A program made the translations under genes and the position numbers. The notes below the pieces were generated by a model. The model ran no database searches. It worked only from the letters and a program-made list of their open reading frames with translations, and had not been told where the DNA came from. A stretch of 56,007 nucleotides of DNA, the filler included, from Catajapyx aquilonaris (lineage: Eukaryota), in assembly GCA_000934665.2 (NCBI GenBank). It is 4 parts of 4 records of this genome, joined end to end, with 100 filler letters (N's around TTAATTAATTAA, not from the genome) between each part and the next. Parts side by side here need not be neighbours in the genome. Positions count along the whole stretch, not along the records: positions 42,123 to 56,007 come from JYFJ02007961.1; 3 more parts are not named here. One strand, 5' to 3'. This document shows, piece by piece, positions 49,326 through 56,007 of this stretch (positions are counted from its first letter, which is position 1; every line of letters begins with the position of its first letter).

Positions 49326-49589
49326 ATAATAATGGATACCCCGTGATAGGCCTCCTTGGTCCTCTTAGGGGATCATCTTTTTAATTAACCGACTTTAATC
49401 ATTGCCTGCGCTGTGATGGATTTTGATTGTGGGAGGAAACAGGAGAACCCCGAGAAAACCCACGCGAACACGGAGAGAACCCATCGAAACTCTATCCACA
49501 TAAGTATCCTCCGTCCGACCCGGGGATCGAACTCGGGACCTTAGAGGTGGAAGGCTGCGGCGCTAACCACTCCGCCACCGTGTCGCCCT
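49326..49589 (-). mobile_element. tRNA-derived SINE with V-domain-like body
   Basis: Head GGTGGCGGAGTGGTTAGCG...GAGTTCGATCCCC. Body GGGAGGAAACAGGAGAACCCCGAGAAAACCCACGC on the plus strand. 14-bp TSD AAAGGAAAGCACTA at 49312-49325 and 49590-49603. Confidence 0.85.
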
Positions 49590-49640
49590 AAAGGAAAGCA
49601 CTAGTTGTTAGCATAAAACCAGTGTACTTCTCTTATTCAG

Positions 49641-49860
49641 GAAAATCAAAGACGGTGCCACCATAAATGTGAAGGAGGTTTCTCAGCTACTGGAAGGCTT
49701 GGTACGCTCTGGACGCATTGGAGATGCCACTAGACTTATCCAAGATGTTCTTTTGGCTGGAGTGTATCCTCTTCCCAGGGTTTTTCGTTACTTTCTGGCC
49801 AACCTCGCCAGTGCTGGAGATGTGGATGCAATGGCATACCTAGGAGAAGTTATGTCTCCA
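49641..49860 (+). CDS. LRPPRC: LRPPRC exon
   Basis: KIKDGATINVKEVSQLLEGLVRSGRIGDATRLIQDVLLAGVYPLPRVFRYFLANLASAGDVDAM, PPR-like. Canonical splice sites, phase consistent. Confidence 0.85.
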
Positions 49861-49917
49861 GTAAGCATCTTTTATATTAATGTAGTAAAAATCTTCCTCA
49901 TGCCCTGACTTTGACAG

Positions 49918-50119
49918 GAAGTGAAAAAAATGGTGAGCTATGACAACCGATATTGTCGTGCTTATTTGTCTGCTGGGAAGCCAAAGGAGTACCTGGAGAA
50001 GCTGGAAGCAGAACTTGATGCAACAGAGGGAGAAGCACAGTTAGCAGCACTGGAGGAGAAGTTTCCACGTGGTGGGATGTATGATCTCCTTGAAGCACAT
50101 CCTGAGCTGCTTCCCATGT
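49918..50119 (+). CDS. LRPPRC: LRPPRC exon
   Basis: Follows a 57-bp GT-AG intron. EVKKMVSYDNRYCRAYLSAGKPKEYLEKLE...FPRGGMYDLLEAHPELLPM. Confidence 0.85.
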
Positions 50120-51733
50120 GTGAGTGGGGTATTCTTGCAGTTCACAAAAGTTTGGGTATTAAGGCAAATTAAAATGCAGAATTAAGGTAAACCTACCCAT
50201 TTATATACCATCTTAAGGAAAAAAATACGGATTTTGGGTTCTGCACGTAACACCCAAAAGAAAAAAGAATGTTACAGACCGAATAGTCCATTTCGTACTC
50301 TACCTGAATCTGTGTTTTACTTTCCTTAATGTATACTGATTACCACACAAAGTGAATTTTACTATCATGCTGCATCACGACCCTTTTGTGACACCCTCAA
50401 CCCAATTTGTGACACCTGTTTTTGCCCATTTTATGACATCTTCGACGCAATTTATGACACCCATTTTTTTCTTTCTGAATTTTTTAATTTTTATTTTTAT
50501 TGTTAAAACCAGTTTTTCCAGTATGATGGCGGTTCTGGAGTTTGTCCGAGTCTGGCTCACTCTATCACTGATGATCTTATGCCTCTTTTTGAAGAGTATG
50601 TACGTACATTGCACTCCCTATTATCCATGTTGCGGATTATCCGTGCATCGGCAAAAAGTTAAGTTAGAAATAAAAGTAAAAAAAAAAAATGTCAATATGT
50701 CTCGAAAACGTATGAATACCAAATCCTGACAGCCTAACATCTTATTTATGCCAGAGGGTGTCATTAATATATTGGATCCGATCATCGTAAGTGACTGAAA
50801 AGGCTATTCATCGAATGTTCCTTTTAGATCCTTTTCATAATCATAAAACTATTACAATACGATTGTAAATGTAACGATTCAAATGTAAATAAACACTATT
50901 TCTAAGGGTGTCATCAATTGGCAAATGACAGATTTCAGTACCCAATTTCTGACACCCACACTACGTAACTCTTGAAATGCATCGGTACGATTAGAACAAC
51001 CAATCACAAGAGGAAAAGGACATCTTCAATTACTAATTGTAACCTTCAAACTGTTTCCCCAATTAAAAATAAACGCGTAAAAAATTTCAAAACGAAACTC
51101 TGCTCTTAACGGAATTGGCACTTTTCACCCCATATTACACTGTGGCTGTGCAGCACTTGACAATCTAATTTATTTCTTAATAACCAGCTCACCACTGACC
51201 TTCACCTAACTACAGGTTGTTAAATAAAGATAGGAAGTGCTCCCAAAGTGGTTAATTACTAGGCTACATATTTTGAATTCTTGTTATTTAACTTCTTCCA
51301 TAGGTGGTCATAAATTGGGCAAGAAGAACGAGGTGGCCACAAATTGGTGGATTTACCTTACTCAAGGAGTGGCTGGGTCCAAGGGATGAAACCGTGTTCA
51401 AAGTCAGCATCTCAAGCTGATCTGGAGGGGAGTGGCAGTTCAGATAGCAGAGGAAAAATAACTTACTTGATATGGGCTGGGGTATACAAAATGGAGCAGC
51501 CCTTGTCGACAATAGTATTTGTCCTATAGTACATGTAACTGGGCGTGTACTATATCGCTCAAAATAAGATGGGAGATGATTTTACATTTGGTTTCAATGC
51601 AATATGGTCTCCATCTTTTTGAACAATATAGTGCGTACATGTAATTCTTTTTACATTTTGATATATTTGTCAAGTAAATTGCTTTCACCAAACTGATTGT
51701 AAACTGATAGTTAACCTGCTTATTTGTCTGCAG

Positions 51734-52015
51734 ATATCAGCTTGACTGACAAATACGATGCAAAGGGCTTGAAGTGGCCCCGCAATATTTTATGGATGTA
51801 CCATATGAGTCGTGGGCAGTATGACGAAGCAGACAACCTGTGGACCAATGGCAGAGTAGGGACCATTCCCAGGCTCATGTTCCGTAAGGTGTGCCAGGTG
51901 GCAAGGGAGAATAAGGATGCTGACAAGGCCAGGCGTCTTGTGACCCTTCTAAGGTCTGTCAGTACTCCTGCTGCAGGGATGGGCATTGCCTACAGCTGCC
52001 TTGTTGATGTGCTCT
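51734..52015 (+). CDS. LRPPRC: LRPPRC exon
   Basis: ISLTDKYDAKGLKWPRNILWMYHM...GIAYSCLVDVL. CAG and GTGAG boundaries, phase 1 on both sides. Confidence 0.85.
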
Positions 52016-52149
52016 GTGAGTTTACTTTACGTTACTTTACTTCATGTTCTTGTGATGGTATTACTTGCTTGTGAGACCATGCCACCTAATTCAATGATTA
52101 ATATTTTTCCCAAAGTGTTGTGTAAAACATATAAATGATGTGCTTGTAG

Positions 52150-52301
52150 GTGAGCAAGGTAGGACAGAGGAAGCCATGGCAATTCTCAAGGAGGCCCGTA
52201 GTCACATGACCTTGGAGGATTTCAACCAGAGCTCACTTCTCAGGCTCAAAAGTCGCATTGAAGAGACTGGAAGCAGCTTCCCATATGAAATTCCTCAGAA
52301 G
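52150..52301 (+). CDS. LRPPRC: LRPPRC near-terminal exon
   Basis: EQGRTEEAMAILKEARSHMTLEDFNQSSLLRLKSRIEETGSSFPYEIPQK. Ends at a GTCAGT donor or reads through to the stop at 52328. Confidence 0.8.
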
Positions 52302-52482
52302 GTCAGTAGGATAGCAACTCATAAGTGATCATGACTGTTAGCAGCTATTTATTATCTAGAACAGCAGTTCCCAACTTTTTTAATGTGTTGTTTATGTCAC
52401 TCCCTGCATCCAAATAGAAGAGCTTGACAGTAAGACAATAGAACTTTGATGTTAACAAATTTTTGCATGCCCCTTATCCTAC

Positions 52483-52609
52483 CACCTGACTCTCCAACAG
52501 CAACCTGCAATTACTAGTGTTAACAGGGTTACATTGGATACCTACCCTTCCACCTGACACTCCAACAGCAAGCTGGAATTACTAGTGTTAACAGGGTTAC
52601 ATTGGATAC
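52483..52609 (+). repeat. Two-copy tandem duplication (~65 bp)
   Basis: CCACCTGAC.CTCCAACAGCAA.CTG.AATTACTAGTGTTAACAGGGTTACATTGGATAC occurs twice. Confidence 0.85.
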
Positions 52610-53126
52610 TTAGGTGCCATGTGAAAGACAGTTATGCATGTTATTCCTTTGCCACAGTCTCCATTTGACATAACATTCCAGACAGTGAGTTTTCTCATTT
52701 TTGTCAAACTTACGTTGGGAACTGCTGATGCATTATGGAATAAAGTGTTCAAATTGTCTTTATCATTGCAACTAGTGTGTGTGAAATGCCCAGGACTTGG
52801 GCTGATTGGCCAATATTGTACCTCTTTGCAGCCAATCAGCGCAATATGGGGAGTTGTGCACACATTGGTTGCAAGGAATTGCTGTGCGTTACAATGGTCC
52901 CGGTGGGAAGGCTTCACTCGTCATGTGTGGTAAAAAAAAAGAGCATTGAAGTTCCATGTGATTCATGACCATAACCCATAGTAATGTTCTCTCAGTTGTT
53001 TGGAATCACAAGACTGAACTTGGTAAATTCCTGTGCACTTGGTTTCCATATGCCTTGTAGAATCAGCATGGATTGCATAACCACATGTATCTGGAATAAT
53101 TTTTGCAAATGTATGTCATCCAAGTA

Positions 53127-53878
53127 CGAGGGTGAGTCAAAAAGTAAACTTAATATTTTTTATTAGCATAATACAGTATGTAGAAGTATGATTGAAAACC
53201 CTTTATCACTTTTTAACAATAGTCCCAACCACATTCAATCCAGGTGTGCCACAGCTTCACTAATTCCTGGATTCCTTGAGAGAAAAAAAATTCTGGCTCA
53301 GTGCGTAGCCACCTGTGCATTGCCTCTTCTATCTCATTGTCCATTCTGAAAGTCATCCTCCCTTCTAGCACCTTCTTGAGGGGTACCCACTTAGTGGAGA
53401 CTTTTCATTACTGCAGCACAATGTGAATGATGTGAGCAATGACTATTCTCCAATTCTGCAGCCACCTTTTCATTGTTACCGCCGGTTTTCTCGTACCCCT
53501 TGTTACACTTTGTCAGTAGCATCAGGTGCCAGAGCGAGCTGCATCATCCAAGTTTGAAACCCAACTTGCTTACTTGTGCCACTCATACACCTGCTGAAGA
53601 GACACGCACCCGTCTCTATACTGCCTCTTCATTCTGTGATTAATATCTGCAGGTTTCTCACCCTCGCTACTTCTCGAAAAACTATTAACTGCATGATACT
53701 TCCAAGGAAGTGGCCATCTTGGATCTGGTTTGCGGACATCACATTGCCAAAATGACTGACATGCCTGCGCTAACATGTGTCTAAATAGGGAGAGCAGAAC
53801 ATATGTGTTACAACAGTCTATTACTAGATTTAGAATTTTTAATACCAGATCATGGTTACTTTTTGACTCAGCCTCTCG
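53127..53878 (-). mobile_element. Internally deleted mariner element
   Basis: TIR CGAGGGTGAGTCAAAAAGTAA / TTACTTTTTGACTCAGCCTCTCG. Minus-strand mariner HTH SEGEKPADINHRMKRQYRDGCVSLQQVYEWHK and C-terminal GIQELVKLWHTWIECGWDY. Confidence 0.85.
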
Positions 53879-53883
53879 CATAA

Positions 53884-54072
53884 AGCGGCGTTCAGACGAG
53901 GCAACTTGGTTGCAGCAATGTGGCTGCAACCAGAAATACACAGAGAGAATAGGAACCTGGTTGCAGCCCCTGGTTGCAGAAAAGTTGCAGCGTTTTTTGC
54001 GTTGCTGCAAATTCCTATTCTCTCCGTGTATTTCAGGTTGCTGCAACCAAGTTGCCTCGTCTGAACGCCGCT
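53884..54072. mobile_element. Tourist/Harbinger-like MITE
   Basis: 35-bp perfect TIR AGCGGCGTTCAGACGAGGCAACTTGGTTGCAGCAA with internal GTTGCAG repeats. Confidence 0.8.
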
Positions 54073-54809
54073 ACGTTAATAGCTGCTTAATCACATTGTG
54101 ATTCCTAAAAAACTAAGCCATATCAAATGCACAATGGAAACCATACACAGCCGAATTTATAGAGTTGGAAAAGCTTCCATTTTTGGCCAATGGCTGGAAT
54201 TTTATAATCAGTATATAAATTTTTGTGTATGTTCAACATCTTCATTACATCTTATTCGTTCTAAAATCATGTGCTGTTATCTTCTGAAGACATTGCAAGT
54301 AATAAAATTCATATGAAACTTGAAACGTGGAACAACCCACATTAATCCTGAGTGCAATGCTTCTTGCCACTCACCTGATTGGACCAGAAAAGGCCACTTC
54401 TTGCTGACTTGGGCATCTCATGATGGGTCAATTCAGGGTTGAGCAGAAGAAGAAGAAATTCATGATTTTTAGATGCCATCTTGATAATCCATCTCAGAGA
54501 TCAGGTTCTGTAAAACAAGGGCTACTGCTGATAGTGTAATTTATTGTTCTCTGAAGTAATTTTTACTTGTGGGTGCAAATTCATGCTAGAAAAGTGTATC
54601 AGTCTATACCTGAGGCAATGTTCACCAATTTATTATTCCAGTCAGCAAGTTTCATATTGAAATTATGCAATGTGGCAATTCAGTGTTTTCGTGACAAAAA
54701 GGCTTTCTGGAAGCACGATCTTACTAGAAAATGCAGCATGATGCCAATGTCTTGGAGCAAAAATGTGGAGCTTTGTTCATCTCATTCCTTTTTCATACTC
54801 TTTCCTTAA

Positions 54810-55382
54810 CCCCTTCGCTACCAGATAGGCCCGAACCACGCAGATTTTGGCATATGCGTCCTCCGAAGATACGGACAAGATATTGTACAAATAATAACAG
54901 CTATACTTACCCGATCTGGGAAAACACTATGAATGGGTCTGGAACAATTTTACTCTTCTAGAAGTCCCTAAATTAATTTCCAAAAAAATACTATAAAAAC
55001 TCGAAATTGGAGTACTGCCGACCAACTGTTAGGCTGATTTAATTGTGAAATGCATGAAAATATGCAGAATAACAACCTAGGGAACCATGCCAGACGAATT
55101 TGCTGAAATCTTTGTACTTTGCGAGAAATAAATTAATACTTATTTGCGGCTTTTTGACACTTCGGAAAACTCAAAAGTACTCCAATTTCGAGTTTTTATA
55201 GTCTTTTTTTGGAAATTAATTTAGGGACTTCTTGACGAGTAAAATGGTTCCAGACCCATTCATAGTGTTTTCCCAGATCAGGTAAGTATAGCTGTTATTA
55301 TTTGTAAAATATCTTGTCCCTATCTTCGGAGTACAGGTAAGCCAAAATCTGCATGGTTCGGGCCTATCTGGTAGAGAAGGGG
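54810..55382. mobile_element. piggyBac-like foldback MITE with ~210-bp TIRs
   Basis: TTAA|CCCCTTCGCTACCAGATAGGCCCGAACC...GGTTCGGGCCTATCTGGTAGAGAAGGGG|TTAA. Confidence 0.9.
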
Positions 55383-56007
55383 TTAACCCAGATATGACTT
55401 AACATCCTAGATATAGGATACTTGTACAGTTGTTAGATTTTGAGTCATTGTTAGTTCTTCATTTTCTCATGGATTTTTTTTTTTTTAATGTAACAAAAAA
55501 ATATTCAGGCACATCTGGGTTAATGACTCTGGAAAGTGAGCCATGCATTGCCAAAGTCGTCACAGATCTACATTGGAGTCAGTGTCTCACAATCACTGCT
55601 GGTGTCCAGTTGGTCTCCTGACAAAATACTCTTGAATTACCATGTGCCCAAGTGCAGCCTAAACAAGTCTTACCTATCATGCTAATGTGAACCAGCAGGC
55701 TGGGCATGATTTCTACCAATAGATCTGACAAGGGAAGTGTAAGTGTTGTCAGTGGAGTTTCTGAATGCAACTTGGCACAATAATATAGGCAGGTAAGTTA
55801 TTAAAGAAAATGCAAACAATTTAGGCGGATGCCCACAAGGTCAAAAGTTATGACCTCTCGAACTCACAAGGGACACTTTCCAAGGTCTCCCCCATTTTCT
55901 TGAAATTCGGTACATTGGTAGCCCACCCCAAGGGATGAAAAACGCACCTAAAGTAACCTGCTCAAAATGACCCGGTGACCCCCTTTTGGGGGGCAGAGGT
56001 CAACTCT

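Overview
This is eukaryotic (arthropod-like), repeat-rich DNA, not prokaryotic. It is a concatenation of four ~14 kb pieces joined by artificial 100-nt spacers (N44-TTAATTAATTAA-N44 at 13870-13969, 28008-28107 and 42023-42122), so adjacency across those spacers is not evidence of linkage. Piece 1 holds a frameshifted, intron-containing 3' fragment of a teneurin (Ten-a-like) gene, a decayed five-exon gene encoding a divergent SUMO-like domain that the ORF track misses, and an R1-like LINE fragment with an 18-bp target-site duplication (TSD). Piece 2 has no recognisable genes. It carries SINEs and MITEs and a cluster of ATGCAAAT octamer motifs. Piece 3 is mostly transposons: a ~1.4 kb foldback built from a Tc1/mariner transposase, nested Sola-like and mariner MITEs, a full-length RTE-X/L2-group LINE with a 15-bp TSD and a MITE in ORF1, a modular palindromic foldback, and a 48-bp hairpin minisatellite. 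Piece 4 carries six 3' exons of LRPPRC/bsf with TE-packed introns. All calls come from reading the sequence and from remembered family motifs; no searches were run.
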